This document shows positions 1 to 10,062 of a stretch of 22,738 bases of DNA, piece by piece; positions within the stretch are counted from its first letter, which is position 1; every line of letters begins with the position of its first letter. The DNA lies in assembly GCF_006345805.1 (NCBI RefSeq), contig NW_021836888.1:1-22738 (forward strand), in the 5' to 3' direction. The DNA is from Octopus sinensis (taxonomy: Eukaryota). Under the pieces are notes generated by a model. That model was not told the DNA's origin and did not search any database. It was given only the letters and a program-made list of their open reading frames with translations. Made by a program: the position numbers and the translations under genes.

Positions 1-13
1 TATTTTAATTCTC

Positions 14-356
14 TCGTAGGAAGGCCTAGCTTGACCTTACGTGTTCTGTCTTGCCTTCGAAACACGTGTCTGCTAGCGACAGCTGATGAAGGGGATTTTT
101 CCTTGTGTAGCACGTCCTGTACTTCGTTTTTCTGCTACACATAATTGTTTTTCCCGTTTTCGTTTTCGTTTCGTCTTGTTCCACGTCTCTGTCCTTCTGT
201 TGTAACAAAATATCTTCTCCGTTTTCGTTCTGTTGATTTTTTCGTCTTCTTGTGATGTCCTGTACGTATATATATATTTATATATGCATGTATATATACA
301 TGTAGATGTCGGTACGTACATATATGTTTGTATGTATGCATATATTTTATTTATTA
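14..356 (+). mobile_element. Penelope-like pLTR-derived repeat with hammerhead-like core (copy A; related to 2230-2570)
   Basis: 80-356 aligns by eye with 2353-2570 (CAGCTGA[T/A]GAAGGGGA..TTCCTTG..TGTACT..TTGTG[A/G]TGTCCTGTAC..ATATATGCA..). Contains GAAA-CACGTG-TC (59-70) and CTGATGA (83-89). The Penelope assignment is inference. Confidence 0.45.
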
Positions 357-360
357 CACT

Positions 361-490
361 ATATATATATATATATATGTGGTGTGTGTGTGTGTGCGTG
401 TGTGTGTGTGTGTGTGTGTATGAGTGTGAGTGTGTGTGTGTGTGTGTGTGTATGTGTAGACAGACAGATAGATAGATAGATAGATAGATA
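361..490. repeat. compound microsatellite (TA)n-(TG)n-(GACA/GATA)n
   Basis: Directly visible tandem repeats. Confidence 0.95.
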
Positions 491-890
491 AATTTCTTTA
501 TTGTCCACACAGGGCTGGACACAGAGGAGAGAATTACAACGTAGAGTTTTTCTTTTCGAGGGGGGCGAAAACAAGTAAAAAAAATAAAAGAAAAAGAAAC
601 AAAAATAGGGACAACGATCAAAATGGATCGAAATCGTTGGGGATATATGCAAAAAATGTCGAAATAGTACAAAAAGCTCCCAAAAAATGGGGAGGGTTAT
701 TTGTGGAAGGAAAAACCTATGAAAGGACCACTGTAACCTCGAGCAATTACGTCACATATTAACATATTTATTTACAAATAAATTTCTGTTTTAAATTTTT
801 ACGGTTCATAGGATCATGCTCAAGGTGGCTTCGCCATTCATACGTGCCATCCTTGCTACATTTATAATATTTTTTGAAACAGTCGCTAGA
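491..890 (-). mobile_element. 5'-truncated Tx1/L1-like non-LTR retrotransposon 3' end, copy 1
   Basis: Minus strand encodes SSDCFKK..NVARMARMNGEATLSMIL* (stop at 808-806), then a T-rich 3' UTR, AATAAA (502-497) and a (TATC)n tract. Homologous to 901-1092 and 1153-1583. Confidence 0.7.
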
Positions 891-900
891 TAGATAGATA

Positions 901-1092
901 TGTTTTCTTATTAGCCAACAGGCTGCACACAATATAGAACAATCACAAGATGAAGAAAAAAAAAAATAAAAAAAAAAATAAAATAAAATAAAAAATAAAA
1001 TAAAATAAAATAAAAAAGGGGGGGTCGATCAAAAGGATCGTAAAAGTAGAGAAAGAGTACAAAAAAAAAGGGGAGAGGAAAAAAAAGGGGGA
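901..1092 (-). mobile_element. 5'-truncated Tx1/L1-like 3' UTR, copy 2
   Basis: Shares TTTCTT(T)ATTAGCCA..GGCTGCACAC..ACAAG and CGATCAAAAGGATCGTAAA with copies 1 and 3; (GATA)n on both sides. Confidence 0.65.
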
Positions 1093-1120
1093 GATAGATA
1101 GATAGATAGATAGATAGATC

Positions 1121-1152
<32 letters not shown>

Positions 1153-1583
1153 TGTTTCTTTATTAGCCACAGAGGGCTGCACACAGACAGGACAAAATTA
1201 CAAGGTAGGGCTTTTCTTTTGGGGGTAAAAGAAGGGGGTTTGGTTTTCGATCAAAAGGGATCGTAAATGGAAAGAAAGAGGACAAAAATGGGGGATAAAA
1301 AAAAATTTAAGGGGGGGAGGGAAAGAAAAAAATTGATCAATAGGGATCGTTATCACAGAAATGTCAATATGAAGTGTAAAGGGGAGGACAGGTGAGGTTT
1401 ACCCGTGGAAAGAAAAGCCTACGGAAAATACCACGATAACCACGGTCAATAAGCAACTCTATGTATTAATTTTTACGGTTCATAGAATCATAGTCATTCA
1501 TACGTGCCATCCTTGCTACATTCACCCATCTTTTTTTAAAACATTCACTAGACAAAACTTGCCTCTCTACTCTCACTTTCCTC
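1153..1583 (-). mobile_element. 5'-truncated Tx1/L1-like non-LTR retrotransposon 3' end, copy 3
   Basis: Minus strand reads RKVRVERQVLSSECFKKRWVNVARMARMN, an ER...F..RW pattern resembling Tx1/L1 ORF2 C-termini. Followed by 3' UTR and AATAAA. Flanked by (GATA)n at 1093-1152 and 1585-1675. Confidence 0.7.

Positions 1584-1584
<1 letters not shown>

Positions 1585-1675
<91 letters not shown>
1585..1675. repeat. (GATA)n microsatellite
   Basis: Pure tandem GATA. Confidence 0.97.
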
Positions 1676-1951
1676 GAGTATGTGCGTGTGTTATAGCTTC
1701 CTATGATTTAGTCTATTGCTTCTACGATTTTCTCGCTTCATTGTACTTCGTTGAGGCGACAAGAAGTCTAAATGCTGAAAACTCATACAATATGCAAATT
1801 AACGAATTTGTGTCTGCGTGTGCGAGATCATCTTGTAATAAATGTGCAAAGTTAGATACATATATGTAGCGTTCTTTCTCCCTTTTATACAACTAAATGT
1901 ATATCTAAAAATCTTATTTGTATATGTGGTTTGATGAGTAGAAAGAGAGAC

Positions 1952-2084
<133 letters not shown>

Positions 2085-2229
2085 AATTCATGAACATTCG
2101 ATTCAGTTTTTATTTTATTTTTTCAATATTTCCAAATTTTTTACGACCACAATATTATGGTTTCTTCTTCAATACTTTTAGTCCATTATTGCAAATAGAA
2201 TTTTATTACTTAATTAGACTTGGTCTGTT

Positions 2230-2570
2230 TATGGAATAGTTAAGTCCACCTTGACGTAAGGCCTCAATGCCATACGCTATTTTTGCTCCATGCAGTGAAT
2301 TTTAGCCACTGATTGCCTACTTTCACCTTTTCGCAATGAGTCGAAACAGGGGCAGCTGAAGAAGGGGAATGTTCCTTGTTGTATGTCTTGTACTCTGTTT
2401 TTTTTTTGTTAAAAAAAGTCCGTTTCCTTGTTTTGTTTTTATGTTTTCGTTTCGCGTTGTGTTCTACGTTTATTTGTGGTGTCCTGTACCAATATATGCA
2501 GGTATATATGCATATAGATGTATGTATGTACATATATGTATGTATGTATGCATATGTTTTATTTATTAAA
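2230..2570 (+). mobile_element. second copy of the repeat at 14-356 (copy B; 5' boundary uncertain)
   Basis: TCGAAAC..CAGCTGAAGAAGGGGAATGTTCCTTG at 2341-2378, then colinear with 80-356. Confidence 0.5.
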
Positions 2571-2639
2571 TTGTTATTATATGAGTGAACGCACGTGTCG
2601 TCTTCTTCCAAGTAAGTTTTATATATCTGGGATCTCTAC

Positions 2640-4926
2640 CTTACTGGGCCAGATAAACACAAGAAATTCTTAAACAAGATCGAAGAAATATGTGAAAAAA
2701 ATGTTCCTCTAAGAAATCCAAGTCCACAAAAAAACCTGTACACGGGAGCGAAAGATCCTGATGCTCAACAAGGTCAAGACTAAGAAACAAAACATCTAAG
2801 CTGACATCAAAACATGAATTACAGAAAGTCCTTGACCAAATATACAGATTAGAAGACAATCTAAAACAACACTATGATGGAGAACGTAACAATGCAGAAA
2901 AGAGAGCCATAGAAAACATCAAGAAAAATCCAAAATGTTTCTACAGTTTTGCAAAGAAATACTCGAACACCAAGTCAACAATAGGACCTCTCCAGAGACA
3001 AAATGGGGATGTAGTGAATAACCCTATTGAAATGGCAGAAATGTTGGGTCAACAGTATAAAAGTGTGTCTTCAGTGAGCCATCTAAAACCATGAAGATCC
3101 ATGACCCAGGAAAATTCTTCAAGGATATCGACCATACTAAACCTACCCTATCCGACATTGATTTCAACCCAGAAGACATAGCAAGAGCCATAGACAAGCT
3201 CTCCATGCACTCGGCTGCGGGGCCTGACGGTTCAATGCCATGATACTTAAAAACTGCAAGGCACAATTGTCGAAACCCCTTTACATGATATGGAGGGAAT
3301 CTATGGAGAATGGCAAAATACCAATGCATATAAAGAAGCACACATAACTCCAATACATAAAGGGGATGGCAAATCAAAACCAAAGAACTACCGACCAATC
3401 TCACTGACATCACACATTATCAAGGTCTTCGAAAGAATAGTTCGTCGTGAAAAACTGGTTGAGTTCCTGGAATCCAACAATCTGAGAATTGCAACCAGCA
3501 TGGATTCAGGTTAGGTAGATCATGCCTTTCCCAACTACTGGCACACCATGACCAAATCCTAGAAAATCTAGAGAATGGATACAACACAGATGTCATCTAC
3601 CTCGACTTTGCCAAGGCATTTGACAAGGTAGATCATGGCATCCTGGGTCACAAACTTCGAAAGCTAGGAGTAGGAGGAGGAAAAGTTGGTACATGGATAC
3701 ACGAGTTCCTTACAAATATAGAACTCAAACAGTCACTGTGAATGGAACCCATTCAACACCATCACCTGTGACCAGCAGTGTTCCTCAGGGTACAGTACTC
3801 GGCCCAATCCTGTTTCTCATCCTCATCTCTGACATAGATGAAGATACAACCAGCAACGTTTCATCCTTTGCTGATGACACCAGGGTCATGAGACAAATCA
3901 AAGACGAGGTGGATACAGAGGCCTTACAAAAGGACCGACCACCATATATAAATGGCAGGAAACAACACACCATGTTGTTCAATGATAAGAAGTTTGAACT
4001 AATTCGCTACGGAACAGATCAAGATCTGAAAAATACAACAAACTACAGAAACCCATCAGGACAACAAATAATGGAAAAACAGTATGTGAAAGATTTAGGC
4101 ATCCACATGGGAACCAACCTAAATTCAGAGAACACCTTGACTCAGTCTGTCTTACTGCAAGAAAGTACAGCGGGTGGATCTTGTGCACCTTCAAATCAAG
4201 AGATACCTCAACAATGAAAACCCTCTGGAACAGTATGATACTTCCGAGGATTGACTACTGTTCTCAGTTGTGGTCACCAACAACAAAGGACCAACTATCT
4301 AAGATAGAATCGCTCCAAAGAAATTTTACTCATACTTCTCAGAAACGAGGGACCTGGACTGGACTATTGGCAAAGACTCAAAACCTTGAGGATGTACTCA
4401 ATAGAAAGAAGATTTGAGCGATACCGAATTATATACATTTGGAAAATGATAGAGCAGAAGGTGCCAAACTTTGGTATCAAAACCTACCACTCACTGCGCC
4501 ACGGAAGACGCTGCCAGCTGCCACCAATCACAAAAAGGCTGGCCAGGCAGCAAAAACCCTGCGAGAATCAAGTCTGTTGGTTCGAGGAGCACAACTGTTC
4601 AACTCCATTCCGGTACATGTCAGAAATCTATCAGGATGCAGTGTGGAATCATTCAAATTGCAACTGGATAGATACTTAAGCACCATTAGAGATGAACCCC
4701 ATCTCCCAGGATATACACAACGAGCACAAACTGACTCAAACTCGCTCTTACACATGTCAAATTTAAGCAGAGAATACAACCTGGCAACCACACCAGACTC
4801 TGAGGGTGGAGTCTTCGACTTGGCCTGAGCATGGACTCAAACCCAAATGAAATGAATGAATGAAATATATATATAATATGTAGGTCCCGGGTTGAGTCGG
4901 GGTTAACCACAGTAAATAAGGTACTC
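2640..4926 (+). mobile_element. 5'-truncated CR1-group (CR1/L2-like) LINE: frameshifted ORF2 reverse transcriptase plus 3' UTR
   Basis: Stitched frames give IKKNPKCFYSFAKK, SAAGPDG, NYRPISLTSHIIKVFERIV, QHGFRLGRSCLSQLL, DVIYLDFAKAFDKVDHGIL, VPQGTVLGPILFLILISDI, FADDTRV, KDLGIH, RIDYCSQLWSP, YSIERRFERYRIIYIWK, FKLQLDRYLSTIRDEP; stop at 4826-4828. No APE endonuclease domain present. Confidence 0.92.
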
Positions 4927-4957
4927 AATACATAGCAGAGTTCCTGCTATAAAATAA

Positions 4958-4969
4958 ATATGTATATAT

Positions 4970-5001
<32 letters not shown>

Positions 5002-5458
5002 ATATGTGGTGTGTGTGTGTGGTGTGTGTGTGTGTGTATACACACATATATATGTATATATATGTATATATACACACATATAGTATATGTATATATATAT
5101 ATGTATATATACATACATATAAACATATATATTTATATGTATATGTATATATACATGTATACACATACATATAAATATATATGTATGTATATATACATAT
5201 ATATGTGTGTATATATATTATACATATATATACATATATATATATACATATATATATGTATATATATATACATATATATATACATACACATATATATATA
5301 TATATGGATATATATATATGTATATATACATACATATACACATACATATATATTTATATGTATATATATATGTGTATATATATATATTCATTCATATATT
5401 TTCATTTTCATGTATATGTATATGTATATATGTGTGTACGTATGTATGTGTGTATGTA
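4958..5458. repeat. long degenerate (TA)/(CA)/(TG) microsatellite tract
   Basis: Alternating purine-pyrimidine repeats. Confidence 0.95.
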
Positions 5459-5544
5459 ATTTAGACTTTCACCAGTTTATATATATATATACTATAAATA
5501 GCAAACGCTGCTATTCTTTTGTGAACAGAAATGAATAAATGAAT

Positions 5545-5595
5545 AAATGACATCTGAAGAGACGTTAATAAAGGCTGAAACTAGTCCGTTTGATT
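5545..5595 (+). ncRNA. degenerate minimal type I hammerhead-ribozyme-like motif
   Basis: CTGAAGA (5554-5560), imperfect stem II, GAAA (5577-5580), palindromic CTAG, TC (5585-5586). Stem I and stem II pair poorly. Confidence 0.4.
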
Positions 5596-5714
5596 TTCTT
5601 TATTCTGGACACAAAACTGAAAACTTGTGGTTTACCACAAAATTTACTTTTTACACTGACGCCATAAAAGTGTTTTTTCAAAAACACATTTGTATGTTTA
5701 CTTTGTACTTTTTT

Positions 5715-5819
5715 ACATACACACACAGACAGAGACTCTCGTGCACAAACACACACACACACACATACATAAACACATTCACACGCGCGAGCAAGGACAC
5801 ATATATGGGTGTGGATATA

Positions 5820-5850
<31 letters not shown>

Positions 5851-5852
5851 CT

Positions 5853-5894
<42 letters not shown>

Positions 5895-5913
5895 TAGTAT
5901 ATATATATATGTA

Positions 5914-5955
<42 letters not shown>

Positions 5956-6010
5956 TGTATGTATTGCATGCAAGTATGTTTGCATGTATGTATGCACGTA
6001 TGTGTGTATG
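5715..6010. repeat. (CA)n/(TA)n/(TATG)n microsatellite tract
   Basis: Directly visible. Confidence 0.9.
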
Positions 6011-6805
6011 AAGTTGTGGTTATATGTTGCCGAAAATATGGTGCTTTATGTAAGACTAGCAATGTTGATTGAGCGAGAGTGAAAGAGAGAGAGAGAGAGA
6101 GAGAGAGATAGGGAGTAAGAGATAGAGAAATAGGGAGAGAGGAGTGATAGGATGGGAAGTATGAATTAGTAACAGAAGGAACCAAAGATATATGAGAACG
6201 TGAGACAATATGGAATAGGAGTAGTGATAGAATTCACCAACGACCCCAAACCTTCTTTGCCAATCTTCCTTCTTTGGGATACTTTAGATCAACTTGTTTT
6301 TCTTGGCCCGCTCACAAGATGTGGTGGGTTCGGTTTTATGAGAAGCCTATCTTCTCTTGTTTCTCCGTTAGTAAGGATCGAATTTGATATGACGAATTTT
6401 GAGGAATCAACGGACGTATCTACATCAACAAGAGCAGATACAAAAACTGGAACAATAACAATGACACCAGCAATAACAACGTGAAGGATAAAACAAAACA
6501 AGAATGCAACAAAAACAACGTCAAGATATAGAAGAAGAACAACAATAACACATGAGACGACAAGAGGGACATTGACAGAAGCAGAGGTCAAAATAATGTC
6601 ATTGAAATCAACAATAATTTGATCGAAAGGAACAACAACAATACACGAATAGTCCTAGATCAACAACAAGAACAAAGATACCTGGCACAATCACAACAAC
6701 AAGAAAAATATATACCTGGAAAATTAGCAGAAATGAATAAACAAAGAAATACTAAGATTTGAGACCAAAATTGAAGGCAACCTTTCTAAAGTGGCAATAT
6801 TTTCA

Positions 6806-6833
6806 ATTATAATAATAATAATAATAATAATAA

Positions 6834-6883
<50 letters not shown>

Positions 6884-6900
6884 ATAATAACAATAATAAT
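6806..6900. repeat. (AAT)n-(AGT)n-(AAT)n compound microsatellite
   Basis: Directly visible. Confidence 0.95.
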
Positions 6901-7458
6901 AAATGCCCTGATGCAGTACCAGACAGTGGCTCTCGCGTCTCCTGATCTTAACTTACTGGAAGAGTTATCATGTACATTGTTTTGTCTTGGTATAAAAGAT
7001 GGGCTACAGCAAATATTCTGCTCAATACCACAGATTTGCTTGTCAATTGTTTGACCGTAACCAGTTGAGCATGTCCCTTAGTGGCTGACAATATGTGCAT
7101 CTCTGATCACAAGTAGAAGTAGTGGAGGAGCATCATAGCCGTGTGTTGAAAGGAATTCTTAGAGGTTTGGATAATTCACCTTTGGAAACATCAGTGTTTA
7201 GTTCAACATCCTTAAATAATCCTTATTCAGAGACCTTTTGAGCGGGATGGGTTACCCGACCAGAAGAAAATTCTTACTGGGCCCCACCTGCATGGTCATG
7301 CACTGTCTATCTTGATATAAGATCACCTTGTCGCGCACATATAGTTGTGATGCATGTGCCTGGTGTAACCTTATCAGACTGGTAGTCATGATGGGTATAC
7401 TGGGCTTCGTATATTTTACCCCAGTGTCACTTTGATAGCATGCACTGCTCTCTCCCTC
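6901..7458 (+). mobile_element. ~560 bp non-coding interspersed element embedded in (AAT)n (probable non-autonomous retroelement)
   Basis: Sharp boundaries with (AAT)n on both sides; its first ~35 nt recur at 8506-8541; no credible ORF. Confidence 0.6.
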
Positions 7459-7542
<84 letters not shown>

Positions 7543-7558
7543 AAGAAGAAGAAGAAGA
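7459..7558. repeat. (AAT)n-(AAG)n microsatellite
   Basis: Directly visible. Confidence 0.97.
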
Positions 7559-7736
7559 ATTCTACTATAGGTATAAGGTCTGAAATTTTGGAGACCGATT
7601 TGGTCGATTACATCCATCAGAAAGTATGAAGGGCAGAGTGGACTTCGGCGAAATTCGAAAGCAGAACGTGAAGACGGACGAAATGCCGCTAGGCATTTTC
7701 CCTAGATTGCTAAGAATTTCGCCAGCTCGTCACCTT
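7559..7736 (-). mobile_element. tRNA-derived SINE, family M (MetaSINE-like core), internally deleted
   Basis: Minus strand starts AAGGTGACGAGCTGGCGAAATTCTTAGC (A-box-like), has a B-box-like TTCGAATT and a GCCCTTCATACTTTC core, and ends AAATTTCAGACCTTATACCTATAGTAGAA. Homologous to 7834-8043, 14318-14400 and 18188-18380. Confidence 0.75.
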
Positions 7737-7751
7737 AAAAAGTAAAATTGC

Positions 7752-7816
7752 CTCCCCGGTGGGGAATCGAACTCCGGTATCCCGTGCGACAGACGGGGAT
7801 GCTTACCACTATACTA
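7752..7816 (-). pseudogene. tRNA-Asp(GTC) pseudogene lacking the 5' acceptor strand
   Basis: Reverse complement TAGTATAGTGGTAAGCATCCCCGTCTGTCGCACGGGATACCGGAGTTCGATTCCCCACCGGGGAG matches canonical metazoan tRNA-Asp from position 8 on, with several substitutions. Anticodon GTC at 7790-7788. Confidence 0.88.
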
Positions 7817-7833
7817 CAAATAATGATAATACA

Positions 7834-8043
7834 TTCCAATTTTGGTACAAGGCCTGAATGTTCGGAAAAGGTAATGAGTCGATCACATTGACCCCAGTGG
7901 TCAACTGAAAACTATTTCATCGTCCCCGAAAGGATGAAAGGCAAAGTCGCAACGGTGGTATTTGAAATCAGAACGTAAAGATGGATGAAATGCTGTTGAG
8001 CATTTTACTCGGCGTGTTAACGATTCTGCCTGCACGCTGCCTT
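7834..8043 (-). mobile_element. tRNA-derived SINE, family M (MetaSINE-like core)
   Basis: Minus strand AAGGCAGCGTGCAGGCAGAATCGTTAACACGCCGAG...TTTCAAATACC..GCGACTTTGCCTTTCATCCTTTCGGGGACGATGAAA..CACTGGGGTCAATGTGATCGAC..CAGGCCTTGTACC. Confidence 0.8.
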
Positions 8044-8505
<462 letters not shown>

Positions 8506-8541
8506 AAATGCCATGATGCAGTACCAAGCAGTCGCTCTCAT

Positions 8542-9387
8542 AAATAATCCAGCAATAATCCATCAGTGGCTGCGAAACCGAAGAGCAACCCATCAGAGAC
8601 CGAAATGTTCAGAGACTGAAGGTTTCATATTGGCGACACAAGATCAAAGCTTGCTTCAAGAAACTTCCAGGCTAACGTTCTTCAAAACGATTGTGATCCT
8701 AAATGTAGATTCTGCGACACATTTGACAAAACAATAGACTATCTCGTCTCGGATTATCCTGTGTTGACATCAAGCAAATGCAAAACATTCCACGATAGTG
8801 TAGGATAGTATTTACATCGGAAAATATGTAAACACTACAAAATCAGCGCTCCTGTAGGTAAAAATGTTGCTATCTTCTGGGATTTCCCAGGCTAATTGTC
8901 GAGATATAATTATTAAAGGAAGTTAAGAAAATACTTGTAGATTAATTGATGTCGGTGTTCTCACTGATAAAAATATATCTGTAAAGGAATTTGACAAATT
9001 AAGTAAATGTATGGACCTGGAAATAGAAATACAAAAGATGCTGCATCACATTGCGAGAACTGTTCCTTTTATTGTAGGTGCCCTAGGTATGATAGAAAAA
9101 GGTATTATAAGAAACATGTAGATAATATCCCAGGAGAACCATGTCTCAGAGAAGTCCAAAAGATTGTGCTGACAAGTACTGCCCATATACTTAGAAAAAC
9201 CCAATCCATTTAAATGAATGTGTTGCATAAAATTAAGATATTTCGCTACTACCCTGCCCCCCCCCCCCCCACAAGCCTTCAGTCAAATTGTAAAATCTCT
9301 TATCTTTCAATCGCCTCAGGGTGTGTCTCGGCAAGTAATTGTAACAAACATGCAGATTAAAAATCAAAATAAATAATAATAATAATA
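8542..9387 (+). mobile_element. R4/Dong-type non-LTR retrotransposon 3' fragment (CCHC knuckle, restriction-like endonuclease, 3' UTR, AAT tail), degenerate
   Basis: HQWLR..SETEGFILATQDQSL, DPKCRFCDTFDKTIDYLVS, FHDSVG*YLHRKICKHY, IFWDF, CRLIDVGV..DKNISVKEFDKLSK..DLEIEI, VPFIVGALG, EVQKIVLTSTAHILRK (stop 9211-9213); ends in (AAT)n. Confidence 0.85.
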
Positions 9388-9551
9388 AATAGCAGAAATC
9401 CCAATATAGGCATAAAACCCAGTTAAGTACAGTGTTATTAAGGACAGCCAGGATACTTAGAAAGGTTCTTGGCATTTAAAGTTACTGCTTGTAGCCCGAT
9501 GTTAGGAGCTTGTCTTCTCCAACAGTGTTCTGTTTATATGAATAATAATAA

Positions 9552-9552
<1 letters not shown>
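9388..9552 (+). mobile_element. short 5'-truncated R4/Dong-type 3' end (different subfamily)
   Basis: STVLLRTARILRKVLGI* (stop 9477-9479), homologous to the TAHILRK/TAHILKKVL ends at ~9200 and ~11570; short UTR then (AAT)n. Confidence 0.7.
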
Positions 9553-9589
<37 letters not shown>

Positions 9590-9774
9590 GAAAATATGAA
9601 GAACGCGATGCGATTGAAATTATATCTTTTATTGGTTTGAACGATATTGTAACAGCTTGCCTCACTTTTTCACGTTTAAAATATAAAATGAACAGGGAAA
9701 TTAAAAATCATAGAAGTTAAAATCTTCGTACTCTCTATTTACCTTCGTGAAGAGTTACGTCAATCCTTTTAAAA

Positions 9775-10006
9775 TACTGGGTTGAGGAATAATTTACTTT
9801 AAACAAACAAAAAAAAATACAAAAAATTAATCAAGGAGTGGCTGTGTGGTAAGTAGCTTGCTTACCAACCACATGGTTCCGGGTTCAGTCCTAACGCGTG
9901 GCACCTTGGAGAAAGTGTCTTCTACTATGGGCTCGGATCAACTAAAGTCTTGTGAGTGAATTTGGTAGATGGAAACTGAAAGAAGCCCATCGTATATATT
10001 TATATG

Positions 10007-10062
<56 letters not shown>

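Noticed and set aside
457-1675. Repeat-spacer alternation resembling a CRISPR array
   Set aside because: The repeats are variable-length microsatellites, the spacers are homologous LINE ends, and there are no cas genes; the context is eukaryotic.
3024-4791. Minus-strand ORFs over the LINE
   Set aside because: Antisense shadows of the reverse transcriptase coding sequence.
4925-6185. YI/YM/HT-rich ORFs, also at 73-672, 15731-16459 and 21727-22519
   Set aside because: Dinucleotide microsatellites that lack stop codons.
7752-7816. Functional tRNA-Asp gene
   Set aside because: The 5' acceptor strand is missing and there are substitutions in the anticodon arm.
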